In this document: positions 34,101 through 45,815 of the stretch, piece after piece
Numbering within the stretch: the first letter of the stretch is position 1
How the letters are laid out: every line of letters begins with the position of its first letter
Source: Anthoceros angustus
Lineage: Eukaryota > Plantae > Anthocerotophyta
DNA: 64,000 bases
Reading direction: 5' to 3'
NCBI GenBank assembly: GCA_010909165.1
Contig: VJWM01000019.1
Location: 558,001-622,000, forward strand
Translations under genes and position numbers: made by a program
Notes under the pieces: model-generated
Told to the model about the DNA's origin: nothing
The model's input: the letters and a program-made list of their open reading frames with translations, nothing else
Databases searched by the model: none

Positions 34101-35396
34101 ATGGCGGCCAGCGCGAGGCTGGCAGCGGGGGGCATGGCCACATCCACCTGCGCCTGCGCGTGCACGCCGGCTCTGCGGCGGATGCAGTCCCGGCTGGGGG
34201 CCCAGACGCAATTGCGGATTCGGACGAGGCCGGGGGGGATGCCGGACTGCCGGCTGCGGGCGGGGGCGATCCAGGCGTCGCTGCCGGGCATCAACCTGGA
34301 GGGCCCGGAATCCGTTCTGCAGGCTCTCGGGGTGCTGGCGGCGATCGTGACGGTGCACGAGTGCGGGCATTTCTCCATGGCCCGGCTGCTTGGCATCCAC
34401 GTGACGCAGTTCGCCATCGGGTTCGGGCCCAAGCTGGTGAAGTACCAGTGGAAGAGCGTGGAGTACTCGGTGCGGGCCATCCCGCTGGGAGGCTTCGTCG
34501 CCTTCCCGGACGACGACCCCGAGAGCGAGTTCCCCCCGGACGACCCCGACCTGCTGAAGAACCGGCCCATCCGGGACCGGGCGCTGGTGATCTCGGCGGG
34601 CGTCATCGCCAACGTGATCTTCGCCTACAGCGTGCTGTTCGCGCAGGCGCAGACGGTGGGGTTGCTGGAGCAGAGGTTCCGGCCCGGGGTGCTGGTGCCC
34701 GAGGTGGTGTCCAGCTCGGCGGCCGCCAGGGCGGGGTTTCTCGGAGGCGATGTCATTGTGGCCGTGAACGGGGCGGCCTTGGGGGCCGAAGAGCCGTCTG
34801 TTCTGGAGCTGGTGGACACCATCAAGCGGAGTGCGGGGAAGACGCTCTCCTTCCAGCTGCAGCGCGGGGGGGAGATTGTGGATGTGGAAGTCACTCCCGA
34901 CCAGGGATATGACGGGTCGGGGAAGATCGGGGTGCAGCTCTCGCCGAATGCGCTCACGCAAAGGGTGCGGACTAAGAGCGTGGTGGAGGCGGCCAGGTAT
35001 GCGGGGAAGGAGTTCTCTAGGCTCACCAACGTCGTGGTGGACGGGCTCCAGCAGATCGTCTTCAACTTCGCGCAGACGGCAGACAAGCTGTCTGGCCCCG
35101 TGGCCATTGTGGCTGTGGGAGCCGAGGTTGCCAGATCCGACATCGCCGGCCTGTTTCAATTCGCGGCCATTGTGAACATTAATTTGGCTGTGGTGAATTT
35201 GCTGCCTCTGCCGGCTCTGGATGGAGGTTATCTCGCACTCATCGTGGTGGAAGCGGTTCGTGGGGGCAAAAAACTGCCCTCTGGAGTGGAGCAAGGGATC
35301 ATGTCTTCAGGCATTTTGCTACTGCTGGCCATCGGAGTTGTGTTGATGGTTCGGGATACCCTAAACCTCGGGTTCCTGCAGCAGATGAGATTGTAG
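34101..35396 (+). CDS. ARASP: Plastid membrane-associated zinc metalloprotease, M50/RseP family with PDZ domain; intronless
   Basis: HECGH (HExxH), FAIGFGP, PDZ region, NLAVVNLLPLPALDGG; transit-peptide-like N-terminus from the ATG at 34101. Confidence 0.92.
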   Translation: MAASARLAAGGMATSTCACACTPALRRMQSRLGAQTQLRIRTRPGGMPDCRLRAGAIQASLPGINLEGPESVLQALGVLAAIVTVHECGHFSMARLLGIHVTQFAIGFGPKLVKYQWKSVEYSVRAIPLGGFVAFPDDDPESEFPPDDPDLLKNRPIRDRALVISAGVIANVIFAYSVLFAQAQTVGLLEQRFRPGVLVPEVVSSSAAARAGFLGGDVIVAVNGAALGAEEPSVLELVDTIKRSAGKTLSFQLQRGGEIVDVEVTPDQGYDGSGKIGVQLSPNALTQRVRTKSVVEAARYAGKEFSRLTNVVVDGLQQIVFNFAQTADKLSGPVAIVAVGAEVARSDIAGLFQFAAIVNINLAVVNLLPLPALDGGYLALIVVEAVRGGKKLPSGVEQGIMSSGILLLLAIGVVLMVRDTLNLGFLQQMRL

Positions 35397-35485
35397 CCTC
35401 TTGCCCACTCAAACACCAGATGAGATTGTAGCCGCCTGCCAATTCTATCAGCAGATGAGATTGTAGCCGCTTGCCCATTCAGACA
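35382..35485. repeat. 35-bp triple repeat spanning the ARASP stop codon
   Basis: CAGATGAGATTGTAGCC at 35382, 35417 and 35452. Confidence 0.85.
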
Positions 35486-35743
35486 TGGGTACTCGATGGC
35501 CATACCCTGAACAACACGGCCATCTCAATAAAGACTTCTACATACAGTAGGTGGAGACTAGGACATATTTCCAACTCTGACGCCTGGAACTTTTGGCTTT
35601 ATTGGCTTGCGTCCATTCTTACAAATCTGGACACTAAAATCGATACACAGCAATCATCAAAATGTCCCGGGCTGGCTTCACTTTGATAGTCGCTATGCCA
35701 AGGTGAGAAGCCAAGCTGAACTCTAGTCACCTAAGATAGGCCT

Positions 35744-37148
35744 CTAAGTGGTGGCCCGACGACGACCGACCCTGGCAACAAATCCGGCCTTGATGGGCGC
35801 CACCGACCTCGAGCATCCACACTGCTCGCAACGCAGGAAAAACAACCTGTTCTCCTTCGTGAGGAGAGTGTCCGAGCTCTTGCACCCGTTGCACATGACG
35901 TACTCATCTGCATCGACGGATTCAGGTTAATACTTAAACACACAATTTGAGGGGGAGGTAGATACAGGTTTCATGAAGCTAAGATATACTTACTGACGTA
36001 TCGGCGGACGATTCCCTCGAAGTTCTTCGGAGCAAAGCGACCCTTCACCACCAGGCGCTGTTGGCCGTCTAGCGAGCCGCTGGTTCCGAGCTCCGAGAGC
36101 AGGAACGCCATCACGTGCTCACCGTTACGTCTCATGCTGTTAAACACACCACACTCTGAAGTTGAGACAGACACTCCCTGAAACAAAATGAAGCTATCAC
36201 AGTAGACAAAAAACACGAAAAACATAGGCCTGCAGAGCAATGAACTTACGTTTTCACCAGATCCATGAAGTTGACAAAAACTGTTTTTTTGGTTCCCTCT
36301 CTGAGCACTTGTGGGGGCCTCATGACCGTCCTCCTCTTCTCGCCGGCCAGTTCGGGGTTGTTTTCCCTTAGGATATTAAACACCCTGTCTAACAGCTGAT
36401 GCAAAGAATCAAGTTCACATATCAGTCACCCTGCAGACATGAGTCACTCTTCCTCCAGCTTAAAGCTAACACGAATTGGAAACGAAGTTAAGCACCTCTT
36501 CATACAGGTAGTCTCTATCGGACCCTTCCCAAGGATAGCGGGGGTGAGATTCCAGCACAATTGGTTCACCCTCCTCATCCTCGCCTGCATCGCCTCTCCC
36601 GCCTGCAAACGACACGGCAAGACTGAGGCCCTCTGTAACAATTACTCCTCACAACAATCCAGCGCTCGTAACCTAACAGAAGTCGAAACGAACTTCGTAC
36701 CATTGGCTTCTGCAAGTGCCTCAGTGACATCGTCTTCATCAGGTAGGTCTCCTTCGACCTGAAACATCAGCACAACTCCCGTTAGACAACCTTGCGATTC
36801 AGGCACCTCCCACAGCTACAGAGAGGTATCCTCGATGCCGCCGCTTACCGGCTTCTTCTTCTTCTTCTTCTTAAGTCCAGCGAAAGAAGAATCCACTGTA
36901 TCTGTCACTGCATGAACCAAGAGCGCATATCAATCACGGGTGCTAGACAGTGATTGCGCGCTTCCATTGAACGCAAGCTGAAGCGAATGCTGACCTGTGA
37001 GTGACTCCGTAAGTTCCTTCACCTCCTCGAGCTCCTCGTACTCTTGGAGCCGCACCTTTTTCTTCTTCTTCTTCTTGCTTGGATCGAAAGGACCGATATC
37101 CCCGGGCACTACCTCCTCCTTCAGATCAGGCGCTGCCTCCTCCGCCAT
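35744..37148 (-). CDS. EIF2S2: Translation initiation factor eIF2 beta subunit, multi-exon
   Basis: [11 protein letters not shown] lysine box; [32 protein letters not shown]; zinc finger [14 protein letters not shown]; ends [16 protein letters not shown]. Confidence 0.92.
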
Positions 37149-37443
37149 CTTTCACTCGGATTGACAGGAGCTGCTGATTCCAACACAGTCTCGTCTGCAC
37201 CAAAACCCTACCTGAACTTGGCTAGTAAGGCAAAAAAGACCTGCCTTAGCAGACAACTCGAAACTTCCGGTAGGCTGGGAGGATCGTTTGGTTGGCGTCT
37301 GGTTTCGACGATATTTCGACCGGTAAATACGCCATTTTAGCTCCTCTACCAAATTATGTGATAACAAGTAATGTGGAACAATGAGGTACATATGTAAGAA
37401 CAATTTGGGGAAGATATAAAGGTCATGCCTTTTATCATGACCA

Positions 37444-37880
37444 TTATGGTCTCCGTTCAAATTGTTCCGTAAGTTCCTTCACCTCCTCGTCCTCCTGAAG
37501 CCGCACCTTTTCTTCCTCTTCTTCTTGCTTGGATCGAAAGGGCCGATATCCCCGGGCACTGCCTCCTCCTTCAGATCGGGCGCCGCCTCGTCCTTCAGAT
37601 CGAGTGCTGCCTCCTCCGCCATCGTTCACTCGGATTGATAGGACCTGCTGATTCCAACACAGTCTCGTATGTGCCAAAACCCAACCGAAAATTGGACTTC
37701 TCTAACCGATAAGCTAGCTTTTTCCGGAACCGGAACTGGGCACGTGGGAAATCGGTCTCATAAGGCAAAAATAGACGTGCCTTAGCCGACAAGTCGAACT
37801 TTCGGTAAGATGGGGAGATCGTTTGGTTGGCTTGTGGTTTGAACGATATTTCGATGGTATTTGATACGCCATTTTAGCCC
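37444..37880 (-). pseudogene. Truncated tandem duplicate of the eIF2-beta promoter and first exon, upstream of the intact gene
   Basis: [35 protein letters not shown] (ATG at 37622), then a 1-nt frameshift and divergence. Upstream sequence 37625-37880 is homologous to 37150-37345. Confidence 0.85.
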
Positions 37881-39189
37881 TAGTACCAAATTATTGGTTA
37901 TGCCTTGTTGGTAAGCAGTAGCCAGAACACGAGAATCGCTGCCGGCCGATTTACAGCGTGGTTTTTTCGGGCTTATTGGGATTGGTTTAGGGTTAGTTTA
38001 GGGTATATTGTTAGACAGTTTGAAACTCAATAAGGCCTTTAGACTTCCCAAAGTTAGACAAGAAAATACAAGGCTGTAATCGGGCATGCATCTGCAACAC
38101 CGTCATGTGCGACGCACCACTTACAACATTTTGATCCCCGCTTCTTATATCATGGGCTGAAGAAAGATGCATCTACTAGTGATACCACTTTGATGAGTTT
38201 ACTAAATTTGGTTCCTAATTGTAAGTGAAGCACAATATTCCCTTATTATGTGAGAATATCCCAATTTTTCGAAGACCATAAAGGTCATTAATGTGGTATT
38301 AGTCTGGCATCATTAGATCGCTTGGAGTGCAGATACGACGAACGCACATAGCACTTTCGAGAGCATTCACGAGATGTGCATATTAGTCAGTCACAAGGGA
38401 AACATGAAGTGAGTGTCAAAGTAACCTTTTTTGTAACCTAACTAGAGTTTGGTATGAAACCGCGAAAGTAATCCAATACCCTCTCTCAGACCTAACTCGG
38501 ATGAAAACGTTATCCAAAAACCGTGGCTGTGATGAGAGTGCGCTATCTCCATGACATTAAACAGTCTCCAAAATACGGCGTTCAGCCTAATCCTCACGCG
38601 CCTGCTAGAGCTCGCGATAGCCATGTTGCTGGTCGTATGCATCCTACTTTCGTCTCAACGACTTCTGTCTGTGGATCACGGAAGCGGATGGATGGCACAG
38701 TTGTGTACTGGAGATTGTGGCGGTCGAAAAACAATGAAATAGCTGGTGAGAAGAAAAAAATGCCCAACCTCCCCTTTTGTCAGGGGCCCCAGATGGGCAA
38801 GAGAGGTAGAGCTGGAGGTCTTCTAAGCTGTGTGCCTTCAAGCACTGCCTGAGAAGTTCCTGCAATAAAGGTGAAAATTAAAGACTGACTTTGCTTGGCA
38901 ACTCTGATTGGAACGTCTTGAGGCTTCATCCAGGGCTAACACAAGGCGGCTGTTTGCTTGCAGAGCTAGGTCCCGAAACTATGTTGTGCATGACACACAA
39001 GCGTTGTATGTTGAGGGGCTATCCCAAGGCTGTAAAATAGGAGCTCATAAATTGCCTTCCTCCTAAGTAGTGTCCCTTCTCAATTCCTTTAGGTAAGTAC
39101 CTACAACATCATCCAGACCTAGAGAATGTCTATGTTGCTTGTGTGATCCTCGTGAGAGACCTTTGGTCAGGATATTTGCAATATTTGCT

Positions 39190-40690
39190 GAGGTGTGAAT
39201 ATACTGAAGCCGGATGACATCCAACTTGACTACTTGTCATATGAAATGAAACTGAATTTCTATATGTTTGGATCTTGCATGTAGGATCGGATTAGCTGTC
39301 AGCGCGATGGCTGACTGGTTATCGTACTAAAGCAAGGTGGCTCTAGGCAGCTCCCCGTGGATACCATCAAGGAATTGTCTTATTTCACGTGCTGTAAGGG
39401 AGAGTGTACCGTACTCTACCTTGATTGAGGAGAGACTGACTGTCGAGAGTTTCTCTGATTGCCAGCTGATGGCTGAGCCTTGCAAGAGAATGCAATATAC
39501 TGCTATAGATTTCATGGAAACAATGTCACCCGCCCAATCAGCGTCTAAGTAAGAGGAAAGAGTGCAACCACCAACGTGTGAGTACTTCATGAACATGTCT
39601 TGAGTGCCTTTCAGATAACGGAAAATGCGTTTCATCGCTACCCAATGTTTTTGTCCAGGATTTGAGAGAAAATGAGAGACGATGTCAACAGTCTGCAAAA
39701 TATCTAGACAAATCGAGCCAACCAAATATAAGAGACTGCCAATAGCGTATCGATAAGGTATAGAACTCATTGCTGCACGTTCAAAGTCGGAAGCAGGGCT
39801 GGCTTATATGGATAGTTTATCACAAGTAGACATTGGTATTGTTACAGGGTTTACATCTTGCAGGTTAAATTTCGTCAACATCTGTTTAATGAAATGAGCT
39901 TGATGTATGGTAATATTGGTCCTATCAACAGCAAAAGAGAACTATATGCCCAAGGCAAACTTCAAAGGGTCGACATCTGTCATATCCCACTCTGTGATAG
40001 TTCCTTCTTGGTATATGAGAGTATTTCATGATCAGATGAAAAAATAAAGTTATTGTCAACGTAGAGAGTAATTATACAAATCTGATTTTGGTGTTTCAGC
40101 ACATAGAGGTTACTATCTGCAACTAAAGGTATGAAGCCTAACATCCTCAACTTCTTATCTGCATGGGCATTCTAGATACGTGACTTTTTCAATCCATACA
40201 GGGATTTTAGCAGCCTACAAACCTTGGACGGATCAGTGATATAGCCTTCTGGCTGGTGTATGAATATAACTTCGTCGAAAGGGCCTTTAAGAAAAGTAGT
40301 TTTCACGTCTATCTGGTGGATAATCAGCTTGTGTTTCATAGCATAACAGAGAAGTATTCGCATGCAGGAAGGCTTCACCACTAGACTGAACGTTTCGTTA
40401 TAGTCTAATCCCTGAACCTGAGTATACCCACGCGCCACTAATCCAGCCTTATATCGAGCTACTGAGCCATCATGATGAAGCTTAAGTTTGAAAACCCACT
40501 TGGAGGTAACCACTTTTCTGTCTGCTGGAAGTATGACTAGCTCCCAAGTTCTGTTTAAAATAAGCTTGTTATACTTAGAATCAATTGCCTTTTGCCACTT
40601 AGCTTTATGTGGACCTCCCGTTGACGAGGTGGTGTTCTAAGTTTATGAGGCTTACATGGTAATCTATGAGGAGGTGACCACATCCATGTG
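39190..40690 (-). mobile_element. Ty1/Copia RT-RNase H remnant
   Basis: SKWVFKLK...ARYKAGLVARGY, QIDVKTTFL, IPYRYAIGSLLYL, YLDADWAGD. Confidence 0.9.
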
Positions 40691-40938
40691 GACATTCCGG
40701 GGTGTTCTAAGACTGCGAGGCACACGCGGTAATCTATGAGGAGGTGAGCACATCCTGCTTTCCCAAACATTTGAGTGGATGTGGTCACCTCCTCATAGAT
40801 TACCACGTGAGCCTCGTAGTTTTAGAACACCACCTCGTCAACGGGAGGTCTACAAAAAGCTGAGTGGCAGAAGGCAATTGATTCTAAATATAGTAGCCTT
40901 ATTTGAAATAAAACTTGGGAGCTTGTCATACTTCCAGC
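40524..40938. repeat. Inverted repeat: about 163-bp arms (40524-40686 and 40777-40938) around a 90-bp spacer
   Basis: ACCTCCCGTTGACGAGGTGGTGTTCTAA against TTAGAACACCACCTCGTCAACGGGAGGT; both arms encode Copia WQKAIDSKY..TWELVILPA in opposite orientations. Confidence 0.9.
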
Positions 40939-40944
40939 CTATCC

Positions 40945-41700
40945 CACGTTTTGAAGGTTTTCTCAAGCGTTCGAGGTTGGATTACAACAAAAAGCACTTC
41001 CAAAGATATGCATTTTAAAGGCCTTTCAAATGAGATTTTTTTTTAAAAGTCTTCACTAGTAGTGCGCCGGTCATCTGGTCATCTGGCGCACTCATCCAAG
41101 GGTGCGCTAGTCTACTGTTTTTTAAGGGTTTTCTCGGGCGTCCGAGGTTGGATTACAGCGAAAAAGACTTATGAAGATCCTCATTTCAAAAGTCTTTCAA
41201 ACAGAATATTTTTTACAAGGTTTGACTAAAAGTGAACCAGTTGATCGGCGCGCTTATCCAAGGGTGCGTTTGTCTACCGTTTTTAAAGGTTTTCTTAGGC
41301 ATTAGAGGTTGGATTACAACAAAAAAGACGCGATGCCCAGAAGATTCGCATTCAAAAGGCTTTTCAAAAACAATATTTTTCATAAGGTTTTTCTAGCAGT
41401 GCGCCGGTCAACTGACGCACTCATCTAAGGGTCCACCCATCTACCGTTTTTGAAGGGTTTCTCAAGCGTCAGAGGACAGATTACAACGAAAAAGACACCC
41501 AGAGTTTCGTATTTCAAAGACCTTTCAAATGAGATATTTTTGATAAGGTTTGACCGGTAGTGCGCCAGTTGACCGGCACACTCATCTGAGGGTGCACTAC
41601 CTTTTATTTTTGAAGGTTTTCTCAAGCGTAAGAGGTCTGATTGTAAAGAAAAAGACACGAGAGATCCGCATTTTAAAGCCCGTTCAAACGCAATATTGCT
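40945..41700. repeat. Five degenerate 160-170-bp tandem units, resembling DNA-transposon subterminal repeats
   Basis: GAGG(TTG)GATTACAAC-like cores at 40973, 41143, 41305, 41472 and 41632, each with flanking TTTTGAAGGTTTTCTC and GTGCGCC motifs. Confidence 0.8.
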
Positions 41701-43184
41701 CATAAGGTGTTTTTATGAAGAGAACCAGTAGGTGAAGATTAGCTTCAAACGCTTTGCATGGGCACCGGTCGACTAGTGCACCCCTTGACTTTGACCCTCA
41801 TTTTGAAAGTAACTCGGATGTCTTTTTCAAATTTAAGTCGGCTTATTTATATGGAAGATTCACTATGCACCGATGTGCCGGCCAACCTCAAATGTTTGTG
41901 AAAGCTCGTACGGAAATTGGCTGTATTTTCCTGAGTGATTTTTCCTCCCCCTATGGTTTGAGTGGGAGTGCGCCTACTGGTGCACTCCGGAACAAGCATT
42001 GTGATATTGCTTAAAAGGCGTGAACCTGCTTGCGGACGGGCAAAGATTATTATGTGTGTTTTTGCTGATATTAAGTTGGGATGGTCGAAAGTCGATTAGG
42101 TGTAGAAAGGGCTTTTAGAAATCCGCCGTTTTTGTGCAAATACTGTTTATGGTAAAAATTATTTAAGTTATCACATATAATATCATATATATATATAATT
42201 AATAGACCATTAATGTGTATGATAACATAATTTATAATAGTATATGAATGATCTTTGAGTACAATTATATATATATTAATTTTTTTATTTTATATTTCAA
42301 TATATACTAACAAGGGCAAGTGATACATGTTTAAAACATATGCTCCTCTTGTAACTAGAAAGCCAATGGGCAAAGGGCCAAATCCAAGTGGTCTAAAGGC
42401 CAAAGGTCAAGCAGATAAAAAGAAGTTGAAGAAACTATGCTAAGCGGCCAACCTTCTCTTCAAGTTAAGCTACGTGAGCATCGATCATTTCTCGTGGGGA
42501 GGGGCAATGATCGCTTGCAAAGAGGAGGCAACAATTGCCATTCGAAGGGCTGCAGGAGATGTTGAGGAAAGCGGCGGTGGCGAGCTTGCTCAATTGAGCC
42601 GAAGTGAGAAAGAGAAAGGAATCGTAGCTTTTGCAGAGAAAGGAATCGTAGCTTTTGCAGCTTGCCTGGTACATACAACTGACGCTGCATCGGGCAGTGA
42701 CTGTTTTCTCAAACTATCTCAGCTGCCTTCCCATCTAACCTGGTCACGCGCTGATTCCAGTTGGTGTTGAGAGCAATTGCAAGGAGTGGCGGGCGCTGTA
42801 GACCATGTAGAACGCACATCAGATGAACAAGGAGATCGATGGCGGCAGTTAAGATCAGGTGATCATGACCCCCCATGTTTGGAATTCCTCATTTAGGCTC
42901 ACTGGGTGTGCTGTGTCCGAGTGTGGCTGATCAATGACGCTGATGTCCTTGTGGATGGCTACAGCGAGCTCTGGGGTCATACAATGCAACAAGACATTGC
43001 CATCTGGGAAGCGATTACTGCCGGGGGGAGAGCTTGACACCGAAAAAAGAGACCGCCGAGTGCACGCAGCGCTTAGACTGGGGAGGTGACGCCAGGCAAG
43101 AACGAAGGCAGTCGCAGCGGAGAGTCGCGAGCCGCGCATGCGCAGGACTAACGCCCCGCTCTGTCTTTCGCAGAGTCTCAGAGC

Positions 43185-44543
43185 ATGGCAGGACATACCC
43201 CTGATGCGGACAGTCATATCGGTGGCAAAACCAGAAGAGCATCGAGGCTCAGCCTCCGACGACATTCAGCAGAACCAAGTGGCGAGGCTACTGAACCGAA
43301 AGCAGAGAGAAGTGAAGACGCGGTGTACATGGCCCACATCACTCCAGCCACATTAGCGGCGATCAAGCAGCGAAGAGGTGAGCGGCAGGAAATGTTTGAT
43401 CGGGAACGCCGGATTCTGCTTGGCACGGAGAAAGTGGAAGACATTTGTGTAGGGGAGCCCGAAGTGACGAATGAGAGTACCCCACCTCTCATCTCTGAAC
43501 ACTATCTGGGCACCACGGCAACGGGGTCAAGGGTGACTGTCACGATTTCCCCACTCAAGGACCGTGATCAGGTGCCGGATGTGTGGGCCTCAGAGGATGG
43601 AAGGAGGTGGCAATTCCAACTTGGGAATGAGTCCACAATTCTATCGTGGATGCACATTGGATGGCAAGCAGTCCAAGTGAATGCAAATGCGGGCCCGTAC
43701 CCAGCTCTCGCGGATGAGGTGCCGAGTGTGGAGGACCTATGGGTTGCCACGCCAACGCAAGCAGGGCCATGGAGGCAGCAGAGGGCAATGGAACTTGCGA
43801 GCTTCGTACACAAGGCAATTGACTTAAGAGAAATGCTCACACAGGAGCTCTGCTTGGTGCAGAATTGGCCCCGTCCTCCGGATGTGCTGGTGAAGCTGTC
43901 GACAGGTGTGGAAACTGTTCATTGCATAGTGGATGGCGCTGACAACTTGAAGTTCTGGGATGTTGGAGTGAGGCAGGAGAGGAGCGCGTTTTTGGAGACT
44001 GAGACCAGGAAGCTCTGCACTCCAAAGCAACCCCCGATATGCATGCAAGACGATGCCCGTGCGACGGTGAAGGACCTTCCCCTTGTTTGTGATGTGGCAC
44101 AAAAGTTGGTGCAGTATCGCTGTTTTGGGCCACCACTGGACACTGCGAGGGTGCCCGTGTGGACAGGGCCTGAAAACGCTATGGAGTTTCTAGCCACTGA
44201 GATCAGCACGAAAGTAGGGGGGCTGATGCTGATGCAAAGATGGTTTGATAGAGATGTTTCAGTGTGCACTCCCCTGAAGCGGATTCCTTTCATGTACGAC
44301 TACCACAAGCCGTTTGTTACATTACTGGACTTCGATGCTAACGACGCAGCTATATGGGAGATAATGGAGGCCATGCCTCTCATTGTGAGGGTATGCCACA
44401 CAGGGTACAAGAGGTCGGAACCTGACTGGGGGGTTCTCGTGATGGTGCAACTGCTGTTCAGGTTTGCTGTGGTGAACCCTGCAAGCCCGATCACCGTTGA
44501 AGTGAGGAGTACAAAGCGTTTACCGCAGCTATGTCGGTGGTGA
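43185..44543 (+). CDS. Orphan 452-aa ORF of unknown function, possibly the terminal exon of a spliced gene or TE cargo
   Basis: Long uninterrupted ORF with globular-like composition. It is preceded by a branch-point/acceptor signature GACTAAC...CTGTCTTTCGCAG (43146-43173). No family recognised. Confidence 0.55.
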   Translation: MAGHTPDADSHIGGKTRRASRLSLRRHSAEPSGEATEPKAERSEDAVYMAHITPATLAAIKQRRGERQEMFDRERRILLGTEKVEDICVGEPEVTNESTPPLISEHYLGTTATGSRVTVTISPLKDRDQVPDVWASEDGRRWQFQLGNESTILSWMHIGWQAVQVNANAGPYPALADEVPSVEDLWVATPTQAGPWRQQRAMELASFVHKAIDLREMLTQELCLVQNWPRPPDVLVKLSTGVETVHCIVDGADNLKFWDVGVRQERSAFLETETRKLCTPKQPPICMQDDARATVKDLPLVCDVAQKLVQYRCFGPPLDTARVPVWTGPENAMEFLATEISTKVGGLMLMQRWFDRDVSVCTPLKRIPFMYDYHKPFVTLLDFDANDAAIWEIMEAMPLIVRVCHTGYKRSEPDWGVLVMVQLLFRFAVVNPASPITVEVRSTKRLPQLCRW

Positions 44544-45815
44544 GAGGAGATCAAGAGGAGCTGATGATAAATGGCTGGGTGACAGACCACAAGCGGCGAG
44601 TTTTTTTTGAGGATCGATGTAGTAGGGAACACCCGCCACTCGGGCAGGTTGGAATAGAAAGTGAAGGCGAATTCGTCCCACAGTTGGGCACGGTATAGGA
44701 GTGCTCAACAACCACGACACTGAACTGACAGCAAAATAGAGGCACAAGTTTTTTACCATTTTTTGATTGTTTCTCTTCCCAATTGGTCATGGGGACCTCT
44801 CGATGAGCGGAATCGTGCCATGGTTTGCAGGGTAGATGATCAAGCCCAGGTGCGTTGTTTACGAGTGCAGGAACTGGAGAGCAAGAGAATTGTGGTAACC
44901 GAAGGAAAGCGTTTGTAGGAATTCAGTGATCGCTCAAATCAAATAAGAGAGTTCTCTTGATCCAGAACTTCTTGTTGGCTGTGTGAGGTGATCGATGACT
45001 ACTTCCATGTGTTTTTTTCCCAAATGTTTTTATCAATGAAGTTGATGAGAAGATGCAGAATTCGGAATATTGCAACTCAAGATGAAGTTTCAGCTGAACT
45101 AGTAGCTAGCAAAGCATTGAGGAACTTGTACCTAGCATATGGCCGTATAGGAAGCAATTGGGTGCATGTGGCTATGGCAGGCAAGACAACAATGACAGGC
45201 ACAATAAGTGAGGATGGACGTTGAACTAGGTGTAAATAGAGATGGTTTATGTGCATCACATTGTGACATGTGAAGATGTTAGCTAAAGGGTGACATTAAC
45301 GTGTCTTGGGAAACATGCACGCAATTACTTTGGCATGACCTCATATAGTCAACTAGAAGAAAGGTGAAAGAGAGACTTCAAGCCATACTTTACTCTATGC
45401 CTGCAGAATAGAGCACACCGGGGCAATGTGAGATCATATTGTGCGAGATATGTTTTAGTAAGGTAAGTTCTTAATTTGAGATTGTATAGTTTGAAATATC
45501 TTTTAGTCAGTAAGTAAGTTTTGATGAATAAGTAATTATGCCTTCAATATTGGGTTAAAAGACACTCATAGACTCAAAACACCTTTCCTTTGATTCATGG
45601 ATACAATGATTATATATACATACAATTCTAGAAGTATCTTCATGTGGTCAAATGACTGGACTATAATCAAAGGGGTTAGTGTCTAGCAGAAGCATCATTC
45701 ACAATCTTCACTCAAAATCTTTCAAGTGAAACATCAAGAGTCTTTGAACACATGACAGTCACATACAGGCCCTCATCTCACAGCTCTGAATTGGAATGCC
45801 CCGTATTTTTGTCAA

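Noticed and set aside
33734-35294. Long overlapping ORFs 33734-34912 (+), 33830-34612 (-) and 34020-35294 (-)
   Set aside because: Shadow frames of the very GC-rich ARASP coding sequence; low-complexity translations without motifs.
34101-35396. Recent bacterial horizontal transfer of rseP (intronless, high GC)
   Set aside because: It has a transit-peptide-like N-terminus and matches the known plant plastid ARASP family; other native genes here also have GC-rich 5' parts.
42897-43040. AHWVCCV.. segment as a Ulp1-type protease exon upstream of the orphan ORF
   Set aside because: Only an HW dipeptide matches; no convincing catalytic Asp/Cys context or frame-consistent splice to the main ORF.
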